DNA of 64,000 bases from an uncultured virus (IMG/VR IMGVR_UViG_3300049215_000844) (IMGVR_UViG_3300049215_000844), one strand, 5' to 3'. Shown: positions 18,260 through 28,408, numbered from the stretch's first letter. Notes: generated from the letters alone by a model not told the origin. Numbers and translations: made by a program.

Positions 18260-19603
18260 TCAGTGCGACAGCCGGATCACGATCGCCGGCGTGCCGGCGG
18301 CGCCGTTGTGGGTGAGGCGCACGCGCATGGTCGGTCCGGCTCCGGCGAAGGCCGCGATGTTCCAGCGATAGTGATAGGCCTCGCCGGCATTGGTCGTGAC
18401 GCGATAGGGGCTGCCGGCGTCGCCGTTGTTGCCGGAAAAATCCGGGCTGTAGAAGATCATCCAGCCCCGGCTGGCGTCGTAGTAGGGGAAGGAGCGGCCA
18501 TCGCGATAGGTGAACTGCGCGCCCTTGTTGGCCAGCGGGCCGGCCAGGCGATGGCCGTTCACCGTCACGTCGAGCGCGAAGGTCGCGCCGGCGAGCTTGT
18601 CGTATTGCAGGCGCGCCTGCAGATCGAGGATGGCGCTGACCGGCAGCACGCCTTCCCAGGTCTGGCCCTGCTGCAGCACGATCTCGCCGGGGATCGCGCT
18701 CAGCGCGTCGTGCTTGTCGGGGCCGGGCGGCTTGGGTGGCTGTGGCGGCGGTTGCGGCGGCGGCTGCGGCGGCTGCGGCGGCACGACGTTGCCGTCCGGC
18801 CTGACGCTCGCGGCGGCGGGAACGACGGTGAGCGTCGCGCTGCCGCCCGTCATCTGCGGCCGGTTGAGGATGCGCGCCGTGAGCGTGACCTGCCCGGCGG
18901 CGAGTGCCGACATCGAGTCGGTCGTCCTGTTGCCGCCATAGTAGCGGTCCGACAGCTGGCTCGTCGGGCCGGTCGGGAAGACCGACGGGTTGGACGATTC
19001 GAGGCGGTAGCTGGCCACGCCGGCGCCCGTGGCGGTCGGGTCGGCCGTCGGGCGCCCGGTGCCGTCGAGCACCTGGTAGTGCACCGCGGGACCCTTCTCG
19101 CCCGCCACCACCACCGGCGGCAGGAGCAGCACGGCGACGCTTCGCGCCGGCGCCCAGGTCTGGTTGCCGTGCGGCGTGGGCACCATGTCGGTGACGGTGG
19201 CCGAGACGCTGCCGATGCCGGGCGCCGTCGCCGTGATGGTGGCGCCGGACGGCGCATCGACGCGCGCGGCGACGATCGAGCCCATCGCCCAGGTGTCGCC
19301 CTTGAAGTCGCCGTAGGGTGGATTGAAGGTCAGGTGCGCGTCGCCGTAGATGCGGACGTTGGCCGGCGCCGAAGAGCTCAGCGTGACCGTGATCCTGGCG
19401 GTCGGGTGCGCGGGCCTGCCCTGCGCGTCCAGCAACTGCACGACCACCGGTACGCTGAAGTCGGGATGGGCGATCAGCTTCTGCGGCATGAAGATGGCGA
19501 GCCGCGCCGGGCCCTGCGCCGCGACGGGTCCGGCCGTGGCGCACGACAGGAACAGGGCCAGCAGGGCCAGGAGCCATCGGTGGGGCGGGCAGGACAGCGG
19601 CAT
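18260..19603 (-). CDS. Secreted beta-rich protein with Pro/Gln linker
   Basis: Signal peptide (RWLLALLALFLSCATAGPVAA), PPQP repeats between two domains. Confidence 0.65.
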   Translation of the reverse strand: MPLSCPPHRWLLALLALFLSCATAGPVAAQGPARLAIFMPQKLIAHPDFSVPVVVQLLDAQGRPAHPTARITVTLSSSAPANVRIYGDAHLTFNPPYGDFKGDTWAMGSIVAARVDAPSGATITATAPGIGSVSATVTDMVPTPHGNQTWAPARSVAVLLLPPVVVAGEKGPAVHYQVLDGTGRPTADPTATGAGVASYRLESSNPSVFPTGPTSQLSDRYYGGNRTTDSMSALAAGQVTLTARILNRPQMTGGSATLTVVPAAASVRPDGNVVPPQPPQPPPQPPPQPPKPPGPDKHDALSAIPGEIVLQQGQTWEGVLPVSAILDLQARLQYDKLAGATFALDVTVNGHRLAGPLANKGAQFTYRDGRSFPYYDASRGWMIFYSPDFSGNNGDAGSPYRVTTNAGEAYHYRWNIAAFAGAGPTMRVRLTHNGAAGTPAIVIRLSH

Positions 19604-19781
19604 CGAACGTCTCCGGCAGGGCAATGGCCTGCCCGGCCAGATTGGCCCAACGCGGCGTCGGGGCAGTTGACCCAGATCAATCGGGGTCGCGCCGCGGCAC
19701 CGCCCCTCCGGTTCGACCGGACGGCGGTCGCAGGCTATAGGGCACGCGCTATAAGGATCGCGGCGACGAGGGGGAGCGACC

Positions 19782-21092
19782 ATGTACTGGCGTCAGCGAT
19801 ATGCCGTGGCGAGCTATGCCCGCAGCTCGGTCTGGCTCGTTCCGTTCGCCGCCTTCGCCGCGTCGTTCGCCATCATCCGGCTGCTCGGCCTGCTCGACAG
19901 CGACATGCGATGGACCTGGTCGTGGCGGCTCGAGGTGCCGGTCGTGCAGAACGTGCTGGAGGGCTTCGTGGCCGCGATGCTCTCCTTCATCGTCTTCACG
20001 TCGAGTTCGCTGCTGGTGGCGATCCAGATCGCCAGCGCGCAGCTCACGCCGCGCATCATCGCCACGGCGCTGCTGCGCGACAACACGATCCGCGGCATCA
20101 TCGCGCTGTTCGTGCTCACCCTGGCGTTCAATCTCGGCGTCCTGGCGCGCGCCCAATCCGTCGTGCCCTATCTGCTCTTCACCTTCGCCGTCGGCTTCAC
20201 GATCGCCTCGGTGACGGCCTTCCTCTACCTGATCGACTACGCGGCGCGCCTGCTGCGCCCGGTCACGATCGTCTGGCGACTGGGCGACGCCGGCCTGAAG
20301 GTGGTCGACGAAATCTACCCGTCGCGCGTCGAGGGCGGTCCCAGCAACGCCCCGGCCATGCCGGTCCTGCTGGCGCCGGCGCGCGAGGTCGGGCACGCCG
20401 GCAGGTCGGGCATCGTCCTGGCCTGCGATATCGAGGCGCTGCGCGAGGAGGCGAGCCGCACCGGCGGGGTCGTCGAGTTCGCCTGTCGCGTCGGCGACTT
20501 CGTGGCGACCGGGGAGACGATATTCCGCCTGCACGGCGCCGCGGCCGGCGCCGACATCGACCGGCTGCGCGGCAGCGTCGCGCTCGGCCGCGAGCGCACC
20601 ATCGAGCAGGACGTGACGTTCGCCTTCCGCGTGATCGTCGACATCGCGGTGAAGGCGCTGTCGCGCGCCATCAACGATCCGACGACCGCCGTGCTCGCCA
20701 TCGACCAGCTGCATCGCCTGCTGAGGAGCGTCGGGCGCCGCCACCTGCACGACGACATCATCCCCAACGCGCGGGGCGCCGCGGGCGTCGTCTTCAGGAC
20801 GCCCGACTGGAAGGACTTCGTGGAGCTGTCGTGCCGCGAGATCAGGCTCTACGGCGTCGAGAACTTCCAGGTGGCGCGCCGGCTGCGCGCGATGCTGGAG
20901 AACCTGCTGCGGACCCTGCCGGAACGCCGGGCGCCCGCCCTGCAGCGCGAGCTCGACCTGCTCGACAGGGCGATCGACCTGACCCACGCCCAGCCCGAGG
21001 ACCGCGCTTTGTGCCGGGTGCCCGACCTGCAGGGTCTGGGTTCGTCGCCGCACAGGGATGATCGCGACGCCGGCGCCCTGCCTGCCGCCTGA
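19782..21092 (+). CDS. DUF2254 family membrane protein
   Basis: QIASAQLTPR, ERTIEQD..F..IVDIAVKALS.AINDPTTA. Confidence 0.88.
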   Translation: MYWRQRYAVASYARSSVWLVPFAAFAASFAIIRLLGLLDSDMRWTWSWRLEVPVVQNVLEGFVAAMLSFIVFTSSSLLVAIQIASAQLTPRIIATALLRDNTIRGIIALFVLTLAFNLGVLARAQSVVPYLLFTFAVGFTIASVTAFLYLIDYAARLLRPVTIVWRLGDAGLKVVDEIYPSRVEGGPSNAPAMPVLLAPAREVGHAGRSGIVLACDIEALREEASRTGGVVEFACRVGDFVATGETIFRLHGAAAGADIDRLRGSVALGRERTIEQDVTFAFRVIVDIAVKALSRAINDPTTAVLAIDQLHRLLRSVGRRHLHDDIIPNARGAAGVVFRTPDWKDFVELSCREIRLYGVENFQVARRLRAMLENLLRTLPERRAPALQRELDLLDRAIDLTHAQPEDRALCRVPDLQGLGSSPHRDDRDAGALPAA

Positions 21093-21260
21093 GCCGCGCC
21101 CCGGACGATGGGCGCCGGCATTCCGCCGCGCCGCGCCGGCCGCAACCTTGACCGCGCCGGCGGCCGGCCATAGCCTTTCTGGCGTCCGTCGCGGCTTGTC
21201 GACGGAGGCGCTCGCATCGGCGGGCCCAGGCGCTCCTGCATCGCGGTGTCGAAGGTCCCC

Positions 21261-21827
21261 ATGCCGCTTTTCAAGAAATTCATGCTTCTGTCGGCGGCGG
21301 CGGAGGAACTGTGCCGGCTGGCGCTGATCTTCCCGCGGCGGCTGCGCGACCGGCTGGCGCCCTTCGGCCTCGCTTCGGCCGACGGGTTCGACGCGGAATG
21401 CATCGCCCTGGTCTATTCCCTGGTCGCGATCGAGATCGAGAGAAGCGACTTCGGGCAGGCGATCCGCAAGAGGTTGCGCGACGAGTTCGCGCGCATCTTC
21501 CCCGACAAGGTGCTGCGCAAGCGGCGGATCGGCATGTACGAAATCCTCGCGCCGCTGGCCGCCGTCGCCGCCAACCGGAAGATGCGCGAGCTGCAGATGA
21601 CCTCGCGCGAGGACCTCGAGCTGCTCGATCTCGGCGACTTCGTGCAGCGGCGCCTTCGCACCTATCGCTGGCAATCGCTCGAGTCCATCGTCGACCAGGT
21701 CGGGGACTATCTGGAGGCGCGCTCCACGTTCGACCTGAAGTTCTCGCTCGCCGTGTTCATCGCCGACAGCCGGGCCGAGATCCACGACCACCTGCACGGG
21801 CTCCATCGCACCGCCGAGCTGGGATAG
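21261..21827 (+). CDS. Hypothetical protein
   Basis: Host-like codon usage, no recognised motif. Confidence 0.6.
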   Translation: MPLFKKFMLLSAAAEELCRLALIFPRRLRDRLAPFGLASADGFDAECIALVYSLVAIEIERSDFGQAIRKRLRDEFARIFPDKVLRKRRIGMYEILAPLAAVAANRKMRELQMTSREDLELLDLGDFVQRRLRTYRWQSLESIVDQVGDYLEARSTFDLKFSLAVFIADSRAEIHDHLHGLHRTAELG

Positions 21828-21870
21828 CCGGCGGCGTTCGCCGCGCCCGGCGCCGGGGCGGCACCGGCGC

Positions 21871-22518
21871 TCAGCCGGCAAGCCGGTCGAGGCTGTCGCG
21901 GCTGAGAAGCTCGAAGCGCTGCCGCGTGCGGTCGAGGACATGCACCTCGCCGGTCGCGATGTCGAACCACCAGCCGGCGAGGGCGAGGGTCCCGCTGTCG
22001 AGCCGTCGGCGGACCTGCGGGTAGGTCGCGAGGTGGCGGAGCTGCAACAGCACGTTGGCGCGCGACACCTCGTCGGCCGAGGCGCCGCCCTCCGCTCCGG
22101 CTCCGGCCAGCGCGACGGCGGGGCGGGCGTGATCGAGCCACGCGCGGAGGTTGGGGGCATCGTCGAGCGGCGCCGCCGCGGTCACGGCGCGCATGGCGCC
22201 GCAGTTGGAGTGGCCGCAGACGACGATGTTGCTGACCTCGAGGACGCTGACCGCGTACTCGATGGCGCTCGCCTCGGAGAGATCGCCGGACGACGTGCCG
22301 TCGGCCTGCGCCGGCGGCACCAGGTTCCCGACATTGCGCATGGTGAAGAGCTCGCCGGGCTCCGAGGAGGTCAGCAGGCTCGGCACCACGCGGCTGTCGG
22401 AGCAGGCGATGAAGAAGGTCGTCGGCTCCTGCCGCTCGCCGAGCTCGCGGAACCGGTCGCGGTAGGAGTGCAGGTTCTGCTCGCGAAATTCGAGCAGCCC
22501 CAGGAGAAGCTCACGCAT
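21871..22518 (-). CDS. Beta-class carbonic anhydrase
   Basis: CSDSR, RNVGN, IEYAV, CGHSNCGAM zinc ligands. Confidence 0.95.
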   Translation of the reverse strand: MRELLLGLLEFREQNLHSYRDRFRELGERQEPTTFFIACSDSRVVPSLLTSSEPGELFTMRNVGNLVPPAQADGTSSGDLSEASAIEYAVSVLEVSNIVVCGHSNCGAMRAVTAAAPLDDAPNLRAWLDHARPAVALAGAGAEGGASADEVSRANVLLQLRHLATYPQVRRRLDSGTLALAGWWFDIATGEVHVLDRTRQRFELLSRDSLDRLAG

Positions 22519-22763
22519 CGGCACGGACGGTCACCTCGCGGGTCGGCTTTTGCCGAGAAACGATATTGCAACTCTTGGATCGCACATTCGCGACTATTGC
22601 GTGGCAGAAGATGCAGGCAAATCCGTCATAGGGCCAATATCACGTTCAGCTTGTGCTTGGTGCAGGAAGCCTCCAGGCCTGCCGCTACTCGGACGTTTCC
22701 GACCGGTTGCGGACGCACTACTGATTAGGCTTCGGTTGATTCAGAAAGCTGAAAGCCATCTCT

Positions 22764-23120
22764 TCAACTCGGAGCTTTCGCCAAGCCCTGGGCGCGCTCA
22801 AACATATCGCGCAGTAAGAGATTCCCGAAGCGCGGTGTATCGTGTAGCTCGTGTCCTGGCCGCTTGTTGTCGCCGTAGTAGGTGAAGGTGCCTGTCTCAC
22901 TGTCCAGGCTGTCCGGCCAGTCCTGATCTTTGAGTGTAGAAGTTAGGACCGCAAGTTTGGGCGCGTCCTTTGTGCCGATGTAGCGAAAGCCCCCCCGGTT
23001 GCTCACTCCAACAAGATGCGGGAGGGGGTCATCGGAAGCATTGCCCACCCGACCTCCTTGATAGACACGATCAACCATCAAGTCGGCTTTTTTGAGCTCA
23101 GATTCTTGAACTGGGTCCAT
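22764..23120 (-). pseudogene. N-terminal fragment of an AspBHI/MspJI-family modification-dependent endonuclease
   Basis: ADLMVDRVYQGG..DDPL..VSNRGGFRY..WPD..G.FTYYGDNKRPG.ELH.T..GN; stops at 118 aa with no nuclease domain. Confidence 0.7.
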
Positions 23121-23532
23121 TTTTGGTGGCCTTTTTTAAGACGGCCTTAATGATCGTCGCCGCGACCTTCGACGCGTCGTTGCGAATCTCGTGTTCCCAA
23201 AACCTTAGCACAGACCAGCCTTCAGCGCGTAGGAGTAGCACGACGGCACGGTCGCGGTTTACGTTTGCGCCGATTTTCCGCTGCCAAAACACGCGATTTG
23301 TCCTAGGCCGCATGCTGTGCTGCGGACATCCGTGCCAAAAGCACCCGTCGACGAACACCGCCACTCTTGTTTTTGGAAAGGCTATGTCAGGCTTTCCAGG
23401 GGCTTTGTAGTGAAGGCGGTAGCGAAGTTTCGCCGCCCATAGTTCTTTGCGTAGAAGGAGTTCAGGGCCAGTGTTCCTACCGCGTATGCGAGACATGCAG
23501 TGACTTCGTTGCTGCGGCGTCAATACGTCCAT
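23098..23532 (-). CDS. vsr: Very short patch repair endonuclease
   Basis: MDVLTPQQRS..MSRIR..NT.PE, PGKPDI, FVDGCFWHGC, WEHE. Confidence 0.95.
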   Translation of the reverse strand: MDVLTPQQRSHCMSRIRGRNTGPELLLRKELWAAKLRYRLHYKAPGKPDIAFPKTRVAVFVDGCFWHGCPQHSMRPRTNRVFWQRKIGANVNRDRAVVLLLRAEGWSVLRFWEHEIRNDASKVAATIIKAVLKKATKNGPSSRI

Positions 23533-23606
23533 TTGGGCTCCACATTTTGCGCCTGGCAGGCCATATCCCGACCTGGTAGCCTGGTCCCGGCGCAACGGGA
23601 GGGGCT

Positions 23607-24557
23607 GTGATTCGAACACTCGATATATTCTGCGGAGGCGGAGGCAGTAGCTACGGCGCTCGGCAGGGCGGGGCTAAGATTGTTTGTGGGGTTGATCTCA
23701 GTCCCATTGCCACGGCTACGTTTGCCGACAATTTCGAGGACGCAGAGGCAGTCACCGGTCATTTGGAGCAGATTAACCTTAGAAAATTCCGAGACAAGAT
23801 CGGGGATATTGATCTGCTTCTGGCTTCTCCGGAGTGTACGAACCATACCTGTGCTAAGGGCTCGAAGCCGCGCTCGGAAGAGAGCCGTGCAACTGCACTT
23901 CAGACACTGCGGTTTGCCCGAGCATTCTTGCCGCGCTGGCTGATTCTCGAGAATGTGGTCCACATGCGACCCTGGTCGAGGTACGTCGAACTCAAAGAAA
24001 GCCTCGTCGAGCTTGGGTACAATCTTCGCGAGTGCGTATTCGACGCTGCAGACTTTGGCGTGCCTCAGAGTCGTAAGCGGTTGTTTATCGTGTGCGACAG
24101 GGAAGCCGAGGTGCCTGCAATTGAGCCTCCCGTGCGCCGAAAGCGACGTATGGTGAGTGATATCCTCGATGAAGTTGGTATCTGGCCCACCACGGCGCTC
24201 TATTCACCCAAGCGCGCCAAGCCTACGTTAGAGCGCGCGGCAAGAGGATTTGCTGAACTGGGACAGGATGCCAGTTTCCTTTTGGTTTACTATGGAACCG
24301 ATGGCTGCGGCGGCTGGCAGAGGCTTGATCGTCCGCTTAGAACAATAACTACCGTGGACCGATTTGCGTTGGTGGAACCTAGTGGAGCTGGGCATCAAAT
24401 GCGCATGTTACAGGTCTCTGAACTGAGGCGGGCGATGGGACTCAAGAAAGACTATCTGATGAATCATGGAACTAGGCGGGAGAAAATCAAACTGCTTGGC
24501 AATGCTGTCTGTCCCCCTGTCATGCAGTTTGTAGTCAAGCAACTTAAGGCGGCATAG
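23607..24557 (+). CDS. DNA (cytosine-5) methyltransferase
   Basis: DIFCGGGG, SPEC, ENV, GVPQSRKR, GNAV. Confidence 0.93.
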   Translation: MIRTLDIFCGGGGSSYGARQGGAKIVCGVDLSPIATATFADNFEDAEAVTGHLEQINLRKFRDKIGDIDLLLASPECTNHTCAKGSKPRSEESRATALQTLRFARAFLPRWLILENVVHMRPWSRYVELKESLVELGYNLRECVFDAADFGVPQSRKRLFIVCDREAEVPAIEPPVRRKRRMVSDILDEVGIWPTTALYSPKRAKPTLERAARGFAELGQDASFLLVYYGTDGCGGWQRLDRPLRTITTVDRFALVEPSGAGHQMRMLQVSELRRAMGLKKDYLMNHGTRREKIKLLGNAVCPPVMQFVVKQLKAA

Positions 24558-24559
24558 CA

Positions 24560-26668
24560 ATGGCAACCGCCACGAGAGTAGCGGAGCACGACGAGAACAA
24601 TGACCTTGTTTTCAAGGTCAAACCGCGTCTGCTTACGCTGCTCGGCGACCAACTGATTCGCGATGCAAGCTTGGCGGTTTTTGAACTGGTGAAGAATGCA
24701 TATGACGCTGATGCAACAAGCTGCAAGGTAATGTTGAACCACATCGGTAGTCCTGATGACGCGCGCATAGTTATTACGGACGACGGCGTCGGAATGGATA
24801 AGAACACGCTCCGGGACGTGTGGATGGTCATTGCCACTGATTTCCGGGCGCTTCAAAGAAAAGAGGATACGCGCTCTCGGAAATTCCACCGCTTCCCCCT
24901 GGGGGAAAAAGGTCTCGGGCGTTTGTCGATTCACAAGCTCGGGCGCTCGATCAGGCTCATCACTCGCGTGCGCGGTGGTGACGAACTGATGCTGCGTTTC
25001 GACTTGGATGCAATTGAGACTGCTGATGACCTGGATAAGGCGGTAGTGAAGTTGGAGAGGCGAGAGCCCAAGACGTTTCCAGGAAGCAAGCACGGGACAC
25101 GATTTGTAGTCAGTCATCTTCGCGAAGAGTGGACGCGCGGAGAAGTCCGCAAGCTGCATCGGGCAGTAAATAGTCTTTGCTCACCTTTTAAGGGGCCCGC
25201 CGACTTTCAGGTAAGTCTGACGGCGCCAGGCTATGAGAACTGGCTTACAGGCATGTTTACTTCTGAGGACGCAAGTGAATGCGCCCTCTATCACGTGAAA
25301 GGGGCATTCGAAGGCGAGTCGGCAGAATTTGACTACACCTTCAAGCCCCCACCTGGTTATTCGAAAGTGCTCCGGGGCCGCTCGCGAAGTGTACCGGATG
25401 TAAAGCTTGAAAAACGTGCTGAATCCGGGCGCAAAATGCTTCCGATCGACCTGCATGACTACAAGATCGGAAAAGTAGAGTTCGATTTCTTAATGTTTGA
25501 CCGCGATCCTCTGGTTCTGAAATCGGTCACCGACGATGTCAGGGGATTGAAAGAATACCTTGATGAAAACGGCGGTATCCGAATTTATCGGGATGGCATC
25601 CGAGTCTATGACTTTGGTGAACCAGGTAACGACTGGCTAAATTTGGACATTCGTAGGGTAAATACCCCGACGGCGCGCACCAGCAATAATCAAATACTTG
25701 GCGTACTGCGCCTGAGAGCGACCGCAAGTAGCGATCTGCGCGAAAAAACAAACCGAGAGGGTTTCATCGAGAACGCTGCATTCGCGGATTTTCGAGCCTC
25801 CGTTATCAGCGTCCTAACGCAAGTGGAAGCTGAAAAAACAAAGGATCAGCGGCGCGTGCGTGAAGCGCTTGGAAGAGGGACAGGAAAGCGAGTTTTCGAA
25901 AAGCTCGGAGAGTTGCGCGATGTGCTTGAAGAAAAAGGCGTCTTGAAGGAAGTCGAATCGACACTCAAGGCAGCAGAAAAAGAGCTGGAGATTTACCGTG
26001 ACCAGCTACTCCATGCGGCCGTGCCAGGTCTCACGTTGGGCATAATGCTGCACGGCGTCGAAAAGATCGTTGATGAATTGCGTGCGGCTTCAGCTCGAAG
26101 CGTCGATCCTGAACGGATCAGGGGGCTAGTTGATCGGCTGTACCGCGCGATGCGGCCAGTGACCAATCTACTGAAGAATCCAAATCCAGGAAAAACATCG
26201 GCTGGCGCCTTAATCAAGGAAGCGATTTTCAGTGTAGAAATTAGGCTGAAGCGCCACGGCATTACATTGATCAATGGAATGGACCGAGGCACACGCGATT
26301 TCCCCGTGCAGGGATCGAAGCAGATGCTCATCGCATCCATAACAAACCTCATCGACAACAGCATTCATTGGCTTGAGGCCAAAAGCCCGAAGCAGAAGCT
26401 TCTCTACATTGGCACGAGCCGCGAACTTGAGGATGGGCCAGCGATTATCGTTGCTGACAACGGCCCTGGATTCGGTTCGGATGACCCTGAAGATCTAACT
26501 AGTCCGTTCTTCACTCGACGGACGGGTGGCATGGGGCTCGGACTCTACGTTGTAAGCGAGGTCATGCGTGTCAACAAAGGCCGGGTGCTTTTCCCGGATG
26601 ACGGGGACATTGAATTGCCTAAAGGAATTGATGGTGCGGTGGTCGCGCTTCAATTCCTCGCCGATTGA
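24560..26668 (+). CDS. MORC-type GHKL ATPase fused to a C-terminal histidine-kinase module
   Basis: N-term ELVKNAYDA, DDGVGM, GEKGLGR; C-term H box (IMLHG), NLIDNS, DNGPG, PFFT, GMGLGL. Confidence 0.85.
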   Translation: MATATRVAEHDENNDLVFKVKPRLLTLLGDQLIRDASLAVFELVKNAYDADATSCKVMLNHIGSPDDARIVITDDGVGMDKNTLRDVWMVIATDFRALQRKEDTRSRKFHRFPLGEKGLGRLSIHKLGRSIRLITRVRGGDELMLRFDLDAIETADDLDKAVVKLERREPKTFPGSKHGTRFVVSHLREEWTRGEVRKLHRAVNSLCSPFKGPADFQVSLTAPGYENWLTGMFTSEDASECALYHVKGAFEGESAEFDYTFKPPPGYSKVLRGRSRSVPDVKLEKRAESGRKMLPIDLHDYKIGKVEFDFLMFDRDPLVLKSVTDDVRGLKEYLDENGGIRIYRDGIRVYDFGEPGNDWLNLDIRRVNTPTARTSNNQILGVLRLRATASSDLREKTNREGFIENAAFADFRASVISVLTQVEAEKTKDQRRVREALGRGTGKRVFEKLGELRDVLEEKGVLKEVESTLKAAEKELEIYRDQLLHAAVPGLTLGIMLHGVEKIVDELRAASARSVDPERIRGLVDRLYRAMRPVTNLLKNPNPGKTSAGALIKEAIFSVEIRLKRHGITLINGMDRGTRDFPVQGSKQMLIASITNLIDNSIHWLEAKSPKQKLLYIGTSRELEDGPAIIVADNGPGFGSDDPEDLTSPFFTRRTGGMGLGLYVVSEVMRVNKGRVLFPDDGDIELPKGIDGAVVALQFLAD

Positions 26669-26690
26669 GGATCGTTTGGCGAGCGGCACC

Positions 26691-28058
26691 ATGATTTCAC
26701 AATTGGCCTCCCCATCTGTTTGCGTTGTCGATGACGAGCCTACTGACTACGAACCGATCCTTAGAGCACTCAATGAGCTTTACATCAGCTGTATTCATAT
26801 CCCCGGCAACGACGTTAGTAAGCTTCCGCCTCAACCGTTCAAACGGGTTCAGCTTGTATTCCTAGACCTCCATCTAACGAATAGCGTAGGAAAGAATGCC
26901 GCTTCCCACACCGCCAACGTCTTCACGAAGATCGTCTCTCCTGAGACCGCTCCAATCGTCGTGGTTATCTGGAGTAAGTATGCGCAGGACCCTGCTGCGG
27001 GCGAGCCAGCCGACTCAGGCGAGACTGAGGCAACACTATTTAAGCGAACGCTGCTTGAGGCTGAACCAAGGTATACGGGCCGGTTGATCTTTATCGAAAT
27101 GGTCAAACCCCAACAGGATTCTAGGCCTGAAGACTGGACTGGAGCATTGAAGCAGGAAATCGACCGCGTGCTTCAGAACCAAGTGGCGGTCGAGGTCTTG
27201 TGGACATGGGATTCAATGGTTCGCGATGCAGCGATGGGGGTAGGAGAGGAGCTTACCGCGATTGCTGCCGCCTCGGCTCGCGAGCTCGGGATTGAACTAA
27301 AGGACGGCCTGAAAGACTCGATGATGCGCCTCGCCAAAGCCCAAGGTGAAGGTGATCTATCTGGCGCAACGGCATCAGGGCACTTGGTAACTGCCCTTAC
27401 GCAATTGGTCATAGACCAGCTGGATCATATGGACGTTCAGGCGTTGTCAAATCATGGTAGTTGGCTGTCGGCCGCCGCCGTGAACGCCCCTGCTGACGGC
27501 TTTTATGCCCGAATGAACGGCCTCCTTTTGACAGGAGCCGCCTCGTCAGCGACGGCACCTTTTTTCCCGGGTACCGTATACCGGGTGACAGAGGCAGCAA
27601 AATTTGGCGCCGCATTCGGTAAAGATCTCGCCTCGTTGCTAACATCTTGTACGAAGCTGCGGGCAACGCAGCAGCAGAAGTTGTCAGATTGGAATAGCGC
27701 CGCGCAGGCAGTCCTGGTTGAAATATCACCAGCTTGCGATGTGGCACAGCACAAGAGGATAAACTCTTTGCTCATCGCGGGAGTTGTCGTCCCCGTCGCT
27801 CTTGAGGAGCACCGACAAGGAACGGGAGAGGCGTTCACCCGGCTTCCAGCACTCCACCTCCGATGGCGTGCCCCTAGTTTTCCTGAGCAGGATGCCGCAC
27901 TAGTATTCTGCCATCGGTACCGGATCACGTTGCCGCTTTCACCGCTGCCCGATTGGATTGAGCCGTGGTTTAGACTGCGTGATATGCCGACAGTCGCTCT
28001 CGGAGCAGCTCATGCCAGTCACGCTGCTCGAATAGGGTATGTCTTGATGCAGGACTAG
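26691..28058 (+). CDS. Receiver-domain protein with uncharacterised C-terminal domain
   Basis: VCVVDDE, LVFLDLHL, VVIWS; C-terminal VEISPACD.AQ. Confidence 0.75.
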   Translation: MISQLASPSVCVVDDEPTDYEPILRALNELYISCIHIPGNDVSKLPPQPFKRVQLVFLDLHLTNSVGKNAASHTANVFTKIVSPETAPIVVVIWSKYAQDPAAGEPADSGETEATLFKRTLLEAEPRYTGRLIFIEMVKPQQDSRPEDWTGALKQEIDRVLQNQVAVEVLWTWDSMVRDAAMGVGEELTAIAAASARELGIELKDGLKDSMMRLAKAQGEGDLSGATASGHLVTALTQLVIDQLDHMDVQALSNHGSWLSAAAVNAPADGFYARMNGLLLTGAASSATAPFFPGTVYRVTEAAKFGAAFGKDLASLLTSCTKLRATQQQKLSDWNSAAQAVLVEISPACDVAQHKRINSLLIAGVVVPVALEEHRQGTGEAFTRLPALHLRWRAPSFPEQDAALVFCHRYRITLPLSPLPDWIEPWFRLRDMPTVALGAAHASHAARIGYVLMQD

Positions 28059-28146
28059 GGTTGGTCTTTCCCTGGATTTTCTGACGACGAAAGTTTCGAC
28101 TTGGATGTTCGCGCCACGGCCCGAAGTGTTCGAAATTCGACTGGCC

Positions 28147-28165
28147 GTGTCCCCAGTGTGTCCCC
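28147..28165. repeat. GTGTCCCC direct repeat next to the tRNA end; possible integrase arm-type sites
   Basis: GTGTCCCCAGTGTGTCCCC about 50 bp from the att core. Confidence 0.4.
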
Positions 28166-28212
28166 GTACTCGACGTGTCCACATGTGGGTCTTGCTAAGT
28201 TGTTGGGAAATC

Positions 28213-28259
28213 TGGCGGACCCGGCGAGATTCGAACTCACGACCTCTGCCTTCGGAGGG
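28213..28259 (-). tRNA. 3' half only of tRNA-Arg(CCG); att-site duplication
   Basis: Minus strand CCCTCCGAAGGCAGAGGTCGTGAGTTCGAATCTCGCCGGGTCCGCCA has the anticodon loop, T-loop GTTCGAAT and CCA; no D-arm or 5' acceptor strand follows. Confidence 0.88.
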
Positions 28260-28408
28260 GAACGGGCCTTAGTGGCCTATCTCCTTGGTACATCTTATTT
28301 ATGAGCGAACGCCCGTTCGTTGCCGTGTCAGCAGCGTGTCACCCCAAATTGACAGCGGCAGTGGTGCGGAGCATCGATAGAAGTCCCTCTATCGAGAGAA
28401 AGCAAACA

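Noticed and set aside
18725..18785. GGCTGCGGCGGC repeats
   Set aside because: Simple coding repeat for a PPQP interdomain linker.
980..21061. Very long alternative-frame ORFs (e.g. 980-3652 -, 6378-8837 -, 13297-16104 -, 18263-21061 +)
   Set aside because: They are shadow ORFs of high-GC coding DNA, with Arg/Ala/Gly-rich translations overlapping genes that have clear family motifs.
28213..28259. Intact tRNA gene
   Set aside because: The 5' acceptor strand and D-arm are absent; only the 3' half is present.
24464..28304. Minus-strand and short ORFs across the RM island and att region
   Set aside because: They are antisense to well-supported genes or overlap the tRNA fragment, and show no motifs.
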